Virus record (IMG/VR): IMGVR_UViG_3300030099_008323
Location: 96,001-160,000 of that record
Source of the DNA: a virus
Direction: 5' to 3' (one strand)
DNA length: 64,000 nucleotides
Part shown: positions 20,586-30,827 of the stretch, piece after piece
Layout of the letters: each line of letters starts with the position of its first letter
Position numbering within the stretch: position 1 is the first letter of the stretch
The notes under the pieces: generated by a model
Database searches by the model: none
What the model was told of the DNA's origin: nothing
Seen by the model: the letters and a program-made list of their open reading frames with translations, nothing else
Made by a program: the position numbers and the translations under genes

Positions 20586-21746
20586 CTAGCCTCTAACAAC
20601 ATCGCATATGTGTTTTATTTCTTCAAATGTCAACTCAGGATAATTTGGTAAGAAAAAACCGTTTGAGTGTATCTTATTACTCATTCGGTCATTAAACCTA
20701 CCGTACCTTTCATACCAAAAAGGATGCAAGCCTAGATTTCCTGCACTGAATATTCTAGTCTCTACACCATTTTCTACCAGTCTTTCTACTATCTGCTGCC
20801 TATGTTGATTACTCTCAGCCAAAGCACCAAAGGAGATTGACACAGGTTTGTTATTAAACCAATTTTGATACTGTACATATCCGTCCAAAAGGCGCGCATA
20901 TTCTAAATGATTCTCATATCTTCTTTGTGTTGCCCAGTCAGCTTTCTTAACTTGTCTAATTCCTAAAAATGCCTGTAAGTCAGTTGACCTTAAATTAAAA
21001 CCAGGCACAAAAAATGTAAAAGGCTTATGAAAATCATCAACCCTATATTTCTTAATTAAGCGACCATATTCTTTCTCATCTAGATCTTTTGCCCAACCAT
21101 GGCTGCGCAGCATAAGCAGCATATCGTATAGCTCTTTATCATCTGTATTCACCATACCGCCCTCAATAGTTGAAAGCTGGTGGCCAAAATAAAACGAAAA
21201 CGAAGACATATCGCCAATTGTACCAACCTTGCTGCCATCTTCATACTCTGCGCCTAAAGCAGCACATGCATCTTCCAATAAACAAAAGCCATATTTTTCT
21301 TTGAGTTGTAGCAATTTCTCCTTATAATGTGGCACTCCTAATACCTGCACATATATTACAGCGTCAGGCTTTTCAGTCTTGCAAATAAATTCTAACTGGT
21401 CTAGATCAATACCAAAGGTTTCTTCATCAGCACCAACCATAATTGGCTTAAGCCCAAGTTGAATCGCTGGTGATATTGTTGTGACCCAGCCAACCGAAGG
21501 CACAGCAATTTTTTTATTCTTTATTCTGCCAGACATTAAAGCGGCCGCAACCATCAAGAGATTTGCTGAAGATCCAGAATTATTAAAAACTGCATAATCA
21601 GTGCCAATAAATTCAGCCCAATCTTTTTCTACCTGCCAAGTCAGCTCACCCTTTGTAAGTCTAGGATAGCTTTTTAACCATGTACACAGTGCATCGATAT
21701 CTTCATCATTAATTGTTTCTTTAGCTAGGGGATATTTAATGTCCAT
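20586..21746 (-). CDS. PLP/PMP-dependent NDP-4-keto-6-deoxyhexose 3-dehydratase (ColD-like, DegT/DnrJ fold)
   Basis: EDACAALG; SFYFGHQLSTIEGG has His at the Schiff-base Lys position; LRSHGW lacks the CxC Fe-S motif of RfbH/E1. Confidence 0.8.
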   Translation of the reverse strand: MDIKYPLAKETINDEDIDALCTWLKSYPRLTKGELTWQVEKDWAEFIGTDYAVFNNSGSSANLLMVAAALMSGRIKNKKIAVPSVGWVTTISPAIQLGLKPIMVGADEETFGIDLDQLEFICKTEKPDAVIYVQVLGVPHYKEKLLQLKEKYGFCLLEDACAALGAEYEDGSKVGTIGDMSSFSFYFGHQLSTIEGGMVNTDDKELYDMLLMLRSHGWAKDLDEKEYGRLIKKYRVDDFHKPFTFFVPGFNLRSTDLQAFLGIRQVKKADWATQRRYENHLEYARLLDGYVQYQNWFNNKPVSISFGALAESNQHRQQIVERLVENGVETRIFSAGNLGLHPFWYERYGRFNDRMSNKIHSNGFFLPNYPELTFEEIKHICDVVRG

Positions 21747-21747
21747 A

Positions 21748-22425
21748 TTACACCTTTATATTATATTTTTTATGTTTTGCAAAGTTCTTGCAAAGATTTT
21801 CATAAACTATTTTATCATAAAAGTCATTTTTTTTAATACTTTCATGTGGTAAATTTGTAATTTTAAATTCTGTCTCTTCACAAACTTTTTTTCCTATTAA
21901 TGCACAGTATGTGCCAAGCCAATTATCACAATAATGGTGAATAAAAGATTCAGCGAAGATTACACCATCTAAATATTTATCTATTGTGTCTCTTAAAAAT
22001 AGAGGATATCTTATTATCTGTGGCGCATTTTTGCCTCTGCCACTAAGTCCAGCTGCGTATCGAGCCCAACGAGGTATAACAAAAGAGTGATTGTTTTCAT
22101 CACATGGAGATTTTATTATAAAATCAGTACCGTTATTATATTCTATTTCCATTTTCTTTATTAAATCATTAATATTGGCCGGCGGTAGTGTAACTCCTGT
22201 TAGACAAACAATAAATTTTCCTGTAGAGTTTTTATAAAGATTATTATAACAAGACACACTAGAGCCTGTGTCTTCAAATATTTTATATTCTATATTATTT
22301 TCACAAGAAATTTTTTTTGGACTGGCAATCAATATTTCATATGAGTAATCAATTTTTATTTTATTGAGAAAATTTATTTGCCTTAAGCAATCATCCAACG
22401 AGACAATTAGAAATGATATGTCCAT
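21748..22425 (-). CDS. Divergent GT-A/GT2-like protein
   Basis: DISFLIVS...YEILI...YNNLYKNSTGKFIVCL...HHYCDNWL pattern; no clear DxD. Confidence 0.5.
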   Translation of the reverse strand: MDISFLIVSLDDCLRQINFLNKIKIDYSYEILIASPKKISCENNIEYKIFEDTGSSVSCYNNLYKNSTGKFIVCLTGVTLPPANINDLIKKMEIEYNNGTDFIIKSPCDENNHSFVIPRWARYAAGLSGRGKNAPQIIRYPLFLRDTIDKYLDGVIFAESFIHHYCDNWLGTYCALIGKKVCEETEFKITNLPHESIKKNDFYDKIVYENLCKNFAKHKKYNIKV

Positions 22426-22440
22426 GATGCCTTCAAAAAT

Positions 22441-23400
22441 CTAATCCAAAAACTCTACTATTTTAATTGGTGCTCTTTCATAAAGCCTGGTATCTGCTAA
22501 TTTAGGATTTGCATACTTTATATTAGCTTGTTCTAGGGTCTCTTGTACAGAAATAAAAAGTGTATCTCCTAGTTTAGAGTATATCTCTTTATCTAAATAT
22601 TCATATCGATAATCTTCTAGATGAGCTTTCTTTCTAGTTTTTGCATCATAATACAGAGAATTAGGATTGTTAGTAATTACACCAAGGTCAAAAGATACCC
22701 TTATACCACCTTCGTTTAAACTTGTTCTGTGCAGACATGCATGGTCAAAAACGCTTATATAGCCCATTCTAGCATATCCTAGAAATTTTTTATCATTAAA
22801 TTTTTTTAATCCCTCATCATAATTTTCTAAGGGCAAAAAGAAATCTTTATTAACGTCACATGGTTCATAAAACTCTAGTTTTGTAGAAGGATCTCCTGTT
22901 AGAGACACGCCTAGTATTGCATCTCCAACATGAGATGCCCAAGAATCAGAATGTAGCTTTGTTGTAGCTAATGGCCTTGTGTGGTCTAAATCAGCTGTTT
23001 TGCCGGACATAACTCTTACAGTGCATGGCTGCACAGCCAAAAAATTATCTAATATATTAACTTCTCTAAGTGCGGTTACAATATGTTTTTGTAGATTGTT
23101 ATACTCTACAATATTTTCTTTTTTTGGATGAAACGCGCCATTGGGGGTTCGATTAGGTAATCTTAATATTTCTTTTTCATATTTTATTAAAAATTGTTCA
23201 TCAATAGCAATTTCTTTTTTTTGTACGACAGAAAGTGCTTTTGCAATGTATTTTAATACAAGATCTGTCAAAATACCATGTGTTTGTTCAGATAATTTAA
23301 TATCAAAATATATTCCGTGATCTCTATCCAAAATACAGTCAGGTCTTAAATAATCGTATAAACTGGATCTTTTTTCTAGTATCTCTTCTCTTTTTTTCAT
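22441..23400 (-). CDS. Putative Fe(II)/2-oxoglutarate oxygenase-like protein
   Basis: LHSDSW (HxD) ... FDHACLHRT...RVSFDL. ATG at 23400 overlaps the upstream TGA (ATGA). Confidence 0.5.
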   Translation of the reverse strand: MKKREEILEKRSSLYDYLRPDCILDRDHGIYFDIKLSEQTHGILTDLVLKYIAKALSVVQKKEIAIDEQFLIKYEKEILRLPNRTPNGAFHPKKENIVEYNNLQKHIVTALREVNILDNFLAVQPCTVRVMSGKTADLDHTRPLATTKLHSDSWASHVGDAILGVSLTGDPSTKLEFYEPCDVNKDFFLPLENYDEGLKKFNDKKFLGYARMGYISVFDHACLHRTSLNEGGIRVSFDLGVITNNPNSLYYDAKTRKKAHLEDYRYEYLDKEIYSKLGDTLFISVQETLEQANIKYANPKLADTRLYERAPIKIVEFLD

Positions 23401-23909
23401 ATGAATGAGGCCTCTTGATCTCTTATAGATAAAATAGGATTGTTTATTGGCCACTTTATATTAAGCGTGGGATCATTCCACTTAATAGATATTTGATTTT
23501 CTGGGCCATTATATCTCTCAGACCACTTATAAAAAAATAAACATTTTTTACTCACACATAAATGGCCATTCAAAAAACCTGCTGGTACATAAACCATTGT
23601 AGGTTTTTGATCAGACAGGTGAAAAGTCTTTGTCTTTAAGAAAGTATCTGAATCTTGCCTAAAATCAACAACGGCAAGAAATATCTCTCCATGTAAACAA
23701 CTTATTAATTTACCAGTAATATAGTCTCCATGTAAACCTCTTAAAACATTTTTGTAAGATATTGTAATCTTGTCTTCAATAAATTTAGGTAATATGTTGC
23801 AGTCCTCATATATCGACCAAATTTCACCACGGTTATCTACATGTTTATCTAATTTTATTTCTAACAAACCATCTAAATTATGATTAATTATTTCTCTTAC
23901 ATACTTCAT
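23397..23909 (-). CDS. rmlC: dTDP-4-dehydrorhamnose 3,5-epimerase family
   Basis: DNRG, VLRGLHGD, VDFR.DS.TF, YVPAGFLNGH, IKWNDP.LNIKWP, LSIRD. Confidence 0.92.
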   Translation of the reverse strand: MKYVREIINHNLDGLLEIKLDKHVDNRGEIWSIYEDCNILPKFIEDKITISYKNVLRGLHGDYITGKLISCLHGEIFLAVVDFRQDSDTFLKTKTFHLSDQKPTMVYVPAGFLNGHLCVSKKCLFFYKWSERYNGPENQISIKWNDPTLNIKWPINNPILSIRDQEASFI

Positions 23910-24856
23910 GGAATGAATTTACACTTAATTTTATCATAACACAACTCGTCCTCATTTAAGAAAAAATACTCGTTTACCTTTTCTAGTAGACGAGATGAAT
24001 TTTTTGCAAATCCATTTTCATCATAGGCATCTGGATTGTGTGGCATAATTTTATTGCACTCTTCGTATCCAACACCGCATTCATACGCCTCTTTATCATT
24101 TATAAATGCTAGAGCATCACGGCCATAAAGTAAATTATTCCATGTATTTGAATGCTTATGTGAGTGATGAGAAAAACCTGCAGAAGCGCCGTCGATGCTA
24201 GTATGATGTCTTATTTGACGATCTGCCATTATCACCCATCTTTGAGATGATGCCGCGGCAATATAATTAAATACAGATTCTGAACAATGCGCTGCAAATA
24301 CGTCAGGCTCAATTTTATTATTACAATTTTTAAATATTTCCTTGCTAAACAAGTGAGTATGTTGATTAATAGATTTACCTATGGGGATTATATAATCATC
24401 TCCTGTAATCTGCATTTTATCAGTTGTATGTTTAAATTTAGGATCTAAAATGTCTAAAGCCTCATCAGTGTCCACTTGCAGCGCAACAATTCCATTTGGG
24501 CCAGATTTTAGACACTCATAGGATTTTGCTAGTATATCATCATCTTCAAACCAACACCCAGAATCAACATACATATAAGACTCAAACTCTCCTAGATGTC
24601 TTACAGATTCTTGACATGCCTTATTAAAAGTTATATTTACAGTATGAAGCTCTGGAGTTAGACAGTAGGATATCTGATTGCCAAATGTTTCTAATATTTT
24701 TTTAATACATTCAGGGCTATTTTTGCAAGACGACAAAACAACCCTAAAGCCATCAAAATTTTGATTTAAGAATGTTCTAATGCATTTTATATAATGCTCA
24801 GTGTTGTCTCTTCTGATGCCACATGTGTTATAAACCAATAATACTTTGTTTTGCAT
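23906..24856 (-). CDS. Putative GT-A-fold protein, paralog 1
   Basis: VYNTCGI, VNITFNKA, YMYVDSG; closely similar to 24863-25840. Confidence 0.55.
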   Translation of the reverse strand: MQNKVLLVYNTCGIRRDNTEHYIKCIRTFLNQNFDGFRVVLSSCKNSPECIKKILETFGNQISYCLTPELHTVNITFNKACQESVRHLGEFESYMYVDSGCWFEDDDILAKSYECLKSGPNGIVALQVDTDEALDILDPKFKHTTDKMQITGDDYIIPIGKSINQHTHLFSKEIFKNCNNKIEPDVFAAHCSESVFNYIAAASSQRWVIMADRQIRHHTSIDGASAGFSHHSHKHSNTWNNLLYGRDALAFINDKEAYECGVGYEECNKIMPHNPDAYDENGFAKNSSRLLEKVNEYFFLNEDELCYDKIKCKFIP

Positions 24857-25021
24857 ATTTTCCTAAGGGATAAACTTACACTTTATTGTATCATAATTTA
24901 ATTCTTTATTTGACAAAAATAAATATTTTTTTATTACACTTTGTAAATTATCTATGTTCTTGCATAGGCCCTCTTCATCATAGGCATCTGGATTGTGTGG
25001 CATAATTTTATTGCACTCTTC
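24017..25021. repeat. 48-bp perfect direct repeat (24017-24064 and 24974-25021) within the tandem paralogs
   Basis: ttcatcataggcatctggattgtgtggcataattttattgcactcttc is identical in both copies; flanking bases differ. Confidence 0.9.
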
Positions 25022-25840
25022 ATACCCTAAACCTGCATCTGCAGCTAATTTATTATTAACAAAATCTACCGCGTCTCTTCCATATAGTAAATTATTCCAA
25101 GAGTTATTTTTAACTAATTCACCACTCTTATTTTTAGATTCTACTCTATGCGTAAATCCTGACGAGGGGCCATCAACAGCTTTCAAATGCCTAACCTGAT
25201 AGTCGGCCATTATAGCCCATCTTTTGCCAACTGATGCTGCAATGTAATTCAGCACAGACTCTGAACAAAAGGCAGCAAAAACATCAGGATAAAGCTTCTT
25301 ATATTTTTTAAATATTTGATTACTAAAAACAGCAGTGTGCTGATTAACAGATGTTCCAATTGGCACTACTAGATGCTCGCCAGTAACTTGGATATGCTTT
25401 GATTCGTATAAATATGGATAGCCTAAATTTTCTAAGCATTCATCTGTATCGGTCTGTACCACAACAATACCATAATTATTTTCAACTAAAGTTTTATGAG
25501 ATAGACTGAAAATATCATTTTGGTCATCGAAAGTACATCCAGAATCAACGTACATATACCCATCAAATTCACCAAACTTCTTTACAGATTCTTGAACTGC
25601 CTTGTTGAAAGTTATATTAACGGTATGTAATTCTGGTGTCAAAGAATAAGATATCTTATTACCAAATTCTTGATAAATTTTCTTAATGCAATCAGTACTA
25701 TTTTTACAAGAAGATAATACTACTCTACAGTTATCTAAATTTTGAGCTAGCATACTTTTTAGTGAGGATATATACCAATCCGTGTTATCGCCATTTATTC
25801 CACATGTGTTATACACTGCTAATATTTTATTATTATTCAT
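24863..25840 (-). CDS. Putative GT-A-fold protein, paralog 2
   Basis: Same motifs as 23906-24856. Confidence 0.55.
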   Translation of the reverse strand: MNNNKILAVYNTCGINGDNTDWYISSLKSMLAQNLDNCRVVLSSCKNSTDCIKKIYQEFGNKISYSLTPELHTVNITFNKAVQESVKKFGEFDGYMYVDSGCTFDDQNDIFSLSHKTLVENNYGIVVVQTDTDECLENLGYPYLYESKHIQVTGEHLVVPIGTSVNQHTAVFSNQIFKKYKKLYPDVFAAFCSESVLNYIAASVGKRWAIMADYQVRHLKAVDGPSSGFTHRVESKNKSGELVKNNSWNNLLYGRDAVDFVNNKLAADAGLGYEECNKIMPHNPDAYDEEGLCKNIDNLQSVIKKYLFLSNKELNYDTIKCKFIP

Positions 25841-27033
25841 ATAAATTCTGGATGTTTAATTTTTGAAACAATTTGTTTTTGCGCATCTAAAAGCTTTTGC
25901 TTATCTAAATTATCAATATCTTTATACAATGTCCACATCATTTTATTGCTCTCATGTGGCTTACAAAGCTGTGTACATTTAGAGAAACACTCAACATTAT
26001 CGATTAAATGCATAACTTTTTGTCTTTTATTAACATTTTGCCAAATATCTTTAAAACTACTGTCGTACAATCTACCATAGCTATATTGCTTATACCCTCG
26101 ATGATTTGTACAAACATAAACATGGCCGTCTGCGCCAACGCAGGGTTGGATTTGCGATCCTAAACATTTTTTATAGTTTCTTCCATATAGAGATGGATCA
26201 TTTTCTAAATCTTGCAGCTTGTACCCATTAATTTGATATTTATCCCCTAATATTTCTTTAGCCTGCTTGAGCAAGGGCTCTACCTCTGTATTCCAAAAAT
26301 CAATCTCTCTTTGTACACCCTCTTCTCTTTCACGATTCACAACCTCGGGTTTAAACTGGCAGTAGTCAACATCAAATTTACTAAAGTATTTAGCAAAATC
26401 TACAATCTCACTATAGGTGTCAGGAGTTATAACAAAACCAACACCTATAGTTATTTTTTTACCTTTATTATTATTAATTTGTACTAGTTTAGCTAAGTTA
26501 TCAGACATCTTTTGCCAGCCTTGATTTTTTCTAGCTCTTCTAACTGAATTATATGTTTCTGGGGTTCCAGCATCAATCGAAAAGCGCACCCAAGTCATAT
26601 TTTCAACAAATGTATCAAATAGATCCCACCTGTCAAGTAAAACACCGTTAGTGAAAATACCCATTTTAACAGAATTAGCTCCTAAAAATTGAATAGCCTC
26701 TTTCAAATGTCTATTAAGTGTTGGTTCTCCGCCGCCGGTCCAATTTACTGCCCTAACTTTCATGTCAACAAAGTCTCTGCAAAGATCCATTAGGACCTTG
26801 CGGGGCATAATTGATCGATCAAAAGTTTCTAAATTTTTTGATTCTGGAAGGTGTATATACGAGGATATACAAAAATAGCATCCGTGATTGCATGCATTGC
26901 TAGGATCAACCTCCACTAAAACAGGATTTGAATAGCCTGTTTCTAAATGTTCTAAAGCTCTGTCGACATTAGCGATTATCTTTGCTTGGGGGTTGAAAAT
27001 AAGAGAATCATTTAATAAATCTTCAATTTTCAT
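25837..27033 (-). CDS. Radical SAM enzyme with SPASM/twitch domain
   Basis: CNHGCYFC, TGGGEP, C-terminal CLGS...DGHVYVC...CFSKCTQLC. Confidence 0.9.
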   Translation of the reverse strand: MKIEDLLNDSLIFNPQAKIIANVDRALEHLETGYSNPVLVEVDPSNACNHGCYFCISSYIHLPESKNLETFDRSIMPRKVLMDLCRDFVDMKVRAVNWTGGGEPTLNRHLKEAIQFLGANSVKMGIFTNGVLLDRWDLFDTFVENMTWVRFSIDAGTPETYNSVRRARKNQGWQKMSDNLAKLVQINNNKGKKITIGVGFVITPDTYSEIVDFAKYFSKFDVDYCQFKPEVVNREREEGVQREIDFWNTEVEPLLKQAKEILGDKYQINGYKLQDLENDPSLYGRNYKKCLGSQIQPCVGADGHVYVCTNHRGYKQYSYGRLYDSSFKDIWQNVNKRQKVMHLIDNVECFSKCTQLCKPHESNKMMWTLYKDIDNLDKQKLLDAQKQIVSKIKHPEFI

Positions 27034-27937
27034 TTTTATTTTTTAGCCACTTTAAAAAATATTCGGTAGGATCTTTAAAATATTCACGTATCACGTCGTC
27101 AAAATATCTTTTAGCTTTTTCAGCTCTTTGTTCCAACAATTTGTGGGGTATATTATTTATCTCCTGAAGACATTCTTTAATATATTCTGGGCTATTATCC
27201 TCCTTACATATTCTATAAACAAAACTAGTATCGTAAGTATCTTCACCAACTAAAAAATAATCATAATCTGATATTAATATTGGTACCCTATTATAATAGC
27301 AGCTCTCTAGCAACCTTACACTATCAATTCCAGATCCCCTAGGACACAAAGATATGCTACTTTGCAACATAGTATCGATGTAATCTTTTTGTACCTTTGA
27401 TCCAATTTCAGATGGACCAGACCAAGTCCTATTGATATGAAGATTCTTATCTAAATCTGAATGATGAAGTGCATGGACCATCATTGCTCTAACAATATGA
27501 TTTAAATATCCACGAAAACCAAAACTTTTTTTCCTGGGAAACTCATACTGTTCATTTTGATTATCAATAATATCCAATAAAAGATGAGAAAAAGTTGGTC
27601 TGGCAAAAAGATATTTAATATCTGAGTAAATCTTAAGTGGACCCATAGTTGTGATGATACAATTGTGAAGCCAATTAGGTATTTGCATTCCACCTTCACC
27701 TTCTATATCACATATATGCTTATCTTCATTTCCGTCAAAATATTCAAAATCAGATTTTTTAAAATTTTGATATTGATCATTGGGGATCTGTCCCATATAA
27801 AAATAATCAGCTTCTTCCGGGCTGACTATTGTACAATGATCTCTAATTCCTTGCTCACTTAATGGCACCGTATTATAATAGATTTTAGTATCATCATGCA
27901 CATGTTTTTTTGCATTAGGATATACGTATAATTTCAT
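27023..27937 (-). CDS. Exostosin-like (GT47) glycosyltransferase
   Basis: SISLCPRGSGIDSVRLLESCYYNRVPILISD matches the exostosin FCLCPxG...R..E..x.GCIPV motif. Confidence 0.75.
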   Translation of the reverse strand: MKLYVYPNAKKHVHDDTKIYYNTVPLSEQGIRDHCTIVSPEEADYFYMGQIPNDQYQNFKKSDFEYFDGNEDKHICDIEGEGGMQIPNWLHNCIITTMGPLKIYSDIKYLFARPTFSHLLLDIIDNQNEQYEFPRKKSFGFRGYLNHIVRAMMVHALHHSDLDKNLHINRTWSGPSEIGSKVQKDYIDTMLQSSISLCPRGSGIDSVRLLESCYYNRVPILISDYDYFLVGEDTYDTSFVYRICKEDNSPEYIKECLQEINNIPHKLLEQRAEKAKRYFDDVIREYFKDPTEYFLKWLKNKNEN

Positions 27938-27939
27938 AT

Positions 27940-29808
27940 TTATTCCATCGATTCGCTAACATTAAAAATACTAGGCATTGGTGGATCCTCAGAAATAGGC
28001 AGAGGCTCTACAATCATATTTTCATAAAATTCTTCTCTAGGAAGATAAGGGTACATATCCTCTACTGGAGTACTCCAGCCAACTATTTTTGGCTCATATG
28101 TATGGTATTCATGGCAATTAACGTCACAAACCATTGGGCCATCAAACTCTAGAAATTGTCTTATCTTGTCTCTAACTTGTTCATATGTATCCTCTCCAGT
28201 TATAGTCATTGTAGGTACTCCATATGCGTCTGCAATTGCAATGAAGTTTGGCGGCGCATATCCTTTTGGGCCACATGCTTCACTTCTTCCTTCAAAGTTG
28301 ACTTCTTGAAATGCTTTCGTAATTCCGTATATATGATTATTTAAAATAACTGTTTTAAGCTTAATATTGTAATTTAAAAGAGTCTGAAGCTCTTGAATAT
28401 TCATATTAAACCCACCGTCTCCAATAACACAAACAACATTTTGATCTTCGCTAGCAGCGAATACGCCTCCCATTGCTCCAGCAAAAGAAAAGCCCATAGG
28501 TGAATTTCCGTTATTTGTATAATATCTTTGACCGGTCTTTGTTTTAAAAGCGTGGTTCAACACAACAATATTACCGCCACAGTCTCCTACCAACACATCA
28601 TTGGATTTCATTTCCTCTGACAATATTCTTGCAAAAGCATATGGATGAACAGAGTCACCCTCCTTAAACATATCTTCCGTGACAGGATCATACTTCTCCT
28701 TCCAATCTTTTACTTTAGTCATCCACTTAGAGAAGTCTGGCAAATAAGAGCCGGCAGTAGAGTTATTGCAATATGCTAGCCTTTCTCTTAAGAGCTTTAT
28801 AAAAAGCTTAGCATCTGAATGAATACACTCATCGAATGGAAGCTGCTGCCATTTTTTAACTAAATTAGCTTTGTCAATGTCAACCATATATTTTTTTGCT
28901 TCTCTAGCAAAAGTACTAGGCTCACCGCCAGTTATCCTACCAGATATTCTACTTCCAATAGCTAATATTAAATCAGAATTCTGTATACCAAAATTTCTTC
29001 CAGCGCCGCCGTATGTGCCGATTCTACCACCATAATATTCAAAATCAGAACAAACTATGTCAAGAGCGTTCCAAGTTGGAAAACAGGGTATCTGTAGTTC
29101 TCTAGCTAACTCCATAAAATCTTCATTTGCATCAGCAAGGCCCACGCCTGCTCCAATCATCAAGCAAGGCCTTTCAGAGTTTTTTAAATCTTCTATAAAC
29201 TTATCAATCTGAAAATTAATCTTGTCGACATTAAAAACTGGCTGGTTAATCTCTTTGTTGTAAGACCTAAGAGAATCAACCTCAACTTCCATTTTTGCCA
29301 CATCAATTGGTAAATCAATTAGTACAGGGCCCGGTCGTCCAGTAGTTGCAATGTGAATTGCCTTTTCCAGCTCATACCTGATGTCCTCTGGGTTTTCTAC
29401 TAGTTTAGCATATTTTGTAATTGGTTCTACAATACTGACTATATCAGTCTCTTGAAATCCTATTTGCCTAATTGACTCATCAGGTCGCATGTATTGCGTC
29501 TTGATTTGACCAGTGATAAATACACATGGAACTGTATCATAAAAACAATTGCCAATTGGTGTTACAAAGTTCATACCACCAGGACCACTGGTTGCAATAG
29601 ACACGCCATATTTTCCAGAAACCTTTGCATAGCCCTCTGCGGCAAAGCCACCAGCTTGCTCATGCATAACAGCAATATATCTGGTTTTATCATTTCTGGT
29701 GAACGCATCAATCAAATGACCATTAGCTGCTCCATAAACTACAAAAACTTCTTTTATACCATCTTCTGCTAAGTGATCAATAACATAATCAGCAACTTTT
29801 TTTTTCAT
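27940..29808 (-). CDS. Acetolactate-synthase-like ThDP-dependent enzyme (YerE-like context)
   Basis: HEQAGGFAAEGY, SGPG..N, GRPGPVLIDLP.D, ThDP motif GDGGFNMNIQEL...ILNN. Confidence 0.92.
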   Translation of the reverse strand: MKKKVADYVIDHLAEDGIKEVFVVYGAANGHLIDAFTRNDKTRYIAVMHEQAGGFAAEGYAKVSGKYGVSIATSGPGGMNFVTPIGNCFYDTVPCVFITGQIKTQYMRPDESIRQIGFQETDIVSIVEPITKYAKLVENPEDIRYELEKAIHIATTGRPGPVLIDLPIDVAKMEVEVDSLRSYNKEINQPVFNVDKINFQIDKFIEDLKNSERPCLMIGAGVGLADANEDFMELARELQIPCFPTWNALDIVCSDFEYYGGRIGTYGGAGRNFGIQNSDLILAIGSRISGRITGGEPSTFAREAKKYMVDIDKANLVKKWQQLPFDECIHSDAKLFIKLLRERLAYCNNSTAGSYLPDFSKWMTKVKDWKEKYDPVTEDMFKEGDSVHPYAFARILSEEMKSNDVLVGDCGGNIVVLNHAFKTKTGQRYYTNNGNSPMGFSFAGAMGGVFAASEDQNVVCVIGDGGFNMNIQELQTLLNYNIKLKTVILNNHIYGITKAFQEVNFEGRSEACGPKGYAPPNFIAIADAYGVPTMTITGEDTYEQVRDKIRQFLEFDGPMVCDVNCHEYHTYEPKIVGWSTPVEDMYPYLPREEFYENMIVEPLPISEDPPMPSIFNVSESME

Positions 29809-29887
29809 TTATTCCTCTATTGTATACCATGCATCATTATAAGCTCTTTTTTAAAATGCTTAAATTCTTCCGCGTCAAATTTTTTAT

Positions 29888-30826
29888 CTACTTTTTTTTT
29901 ACTGTAGTTGTTTCAGGGGTGGCGCTATGATTCGTTGGAAAGCCCTGATCAGTCTCATAAACAACCTCATCGTGCTTCCAATTACCACCACCTAAGAGCT
30001 TCTCTAGTTCTTCCTCTTTAATAGCATAAAAGTTCTCTTCTGAGGGAAACTCACCAGACCTAACCTCCTCTGCATACTTAGTTAAAGCAGATTGCATCAT
30101 CTGGCCGGCCTCACAATATCTTTTAACAAACTTTGATTTAAATTCCCAAAACAAACCCATTAGATCATGAAAGATTACTAATTGGCCATCAACTTTATCT
30201 CCTGCGCCAATACCATAAACAGGAATATTAAGCTCGCTAGCAATCATATCAGCTGACTCGCGGGGCATGCCCTCTAACAATAGAAAAGAGCAGCCGGCTT
30301 CTTGTAGTTCTAGAGCTTGCTGGAGGATAATTTCAGCTTGTTTAGCTGTTTTTCCCTGCACTCTATAGCCGCCTAGCTTTGCTCTGGTGTGAGGTGTAAG
30401 GCCTAAGTGGCTCATAACCATAATACCAGCATCTGCAATTGCTCTAATTCTCTCAGTCATTGCACCTTCGACTTTAACACAGTCCATACCAGCTCGAACA
30501 AAACGACCAGCATTATGAACTGCTTCTTCATTAGATATCTGATATGACATATAAGGCATATCACCAATTAAAAATGCGTTTTTAGCACCTTTCGAGACTG
30601 CCTCACACGAACTAATCATTTGGTCCATACTAACAGGAATAGTTGTCTTATAACCTAATGTAGTCATGCCCAAAGAGTCGCCTACCAAAATACAGTCTAC
30701 ACCTGCACCATCAGCGATTCTAGCTTGCGGGTAATCATAAGCTGTAGTAAGAACAGTTTTTGTATTTTCTCTCTTGTGTCTTCTCAATCTGAGAATAGTT
30801 ACTTTATTTTTATCATCTGCTGGCAT
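29888..30826 (-). CDS. panB: Ketopantoate hydroxymethyltransferase family
   Basis: TAYD, LVGDSLG, IGDMPY, VKVEG, HLGLTP, LLLEG, GIGAG..DGQ.VIFHDL.G. Confidence 0.93.
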   Translation of the reverse strand: MPADDKNKVTILRLRRHKRENTKTVLTTAYDYPQARIADGAGVDCILVGDSLGMTTLGYKTTIPVSMDQMISSCEAVSKGAKNAFLIGDMPYMSYQISNEEAVHNAGRFVRAGMDCVKVEGAMTERIRAIADAGIMVMSHLGLTPHTRAKLGGYRVQGKTAKQAEIILQQALELQEAGCSFLLLEGMPRESADMIASELNIPVYGIGAGDKVDGQLVIFHDLMGLFWEFKSKFVKRYCEAGQMMQSALTKYAEEVRSGEFPSEENFYAIKEEELEKLLGGGNWKHDEVVYETDQGFPTNHSATPETTTVKKK

Positions 30827-30827
30827 T

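Noticed and set aside
20586-21746. Sugar aminotransferase (perosamine/DegT) annotation
   Set aside because: The Schiff-base Lys position is His, which marks a 3-dehydratase.
29829-29900. -1 frameshift at A_AAA_AAG just before the panB TAG, which would add VDKKFDAEEFKHFKKSL
   Set aside because: A-runs are ubiquitous here, no stimulatory structure is evident, and the extension lies beyond the catalytic domain.
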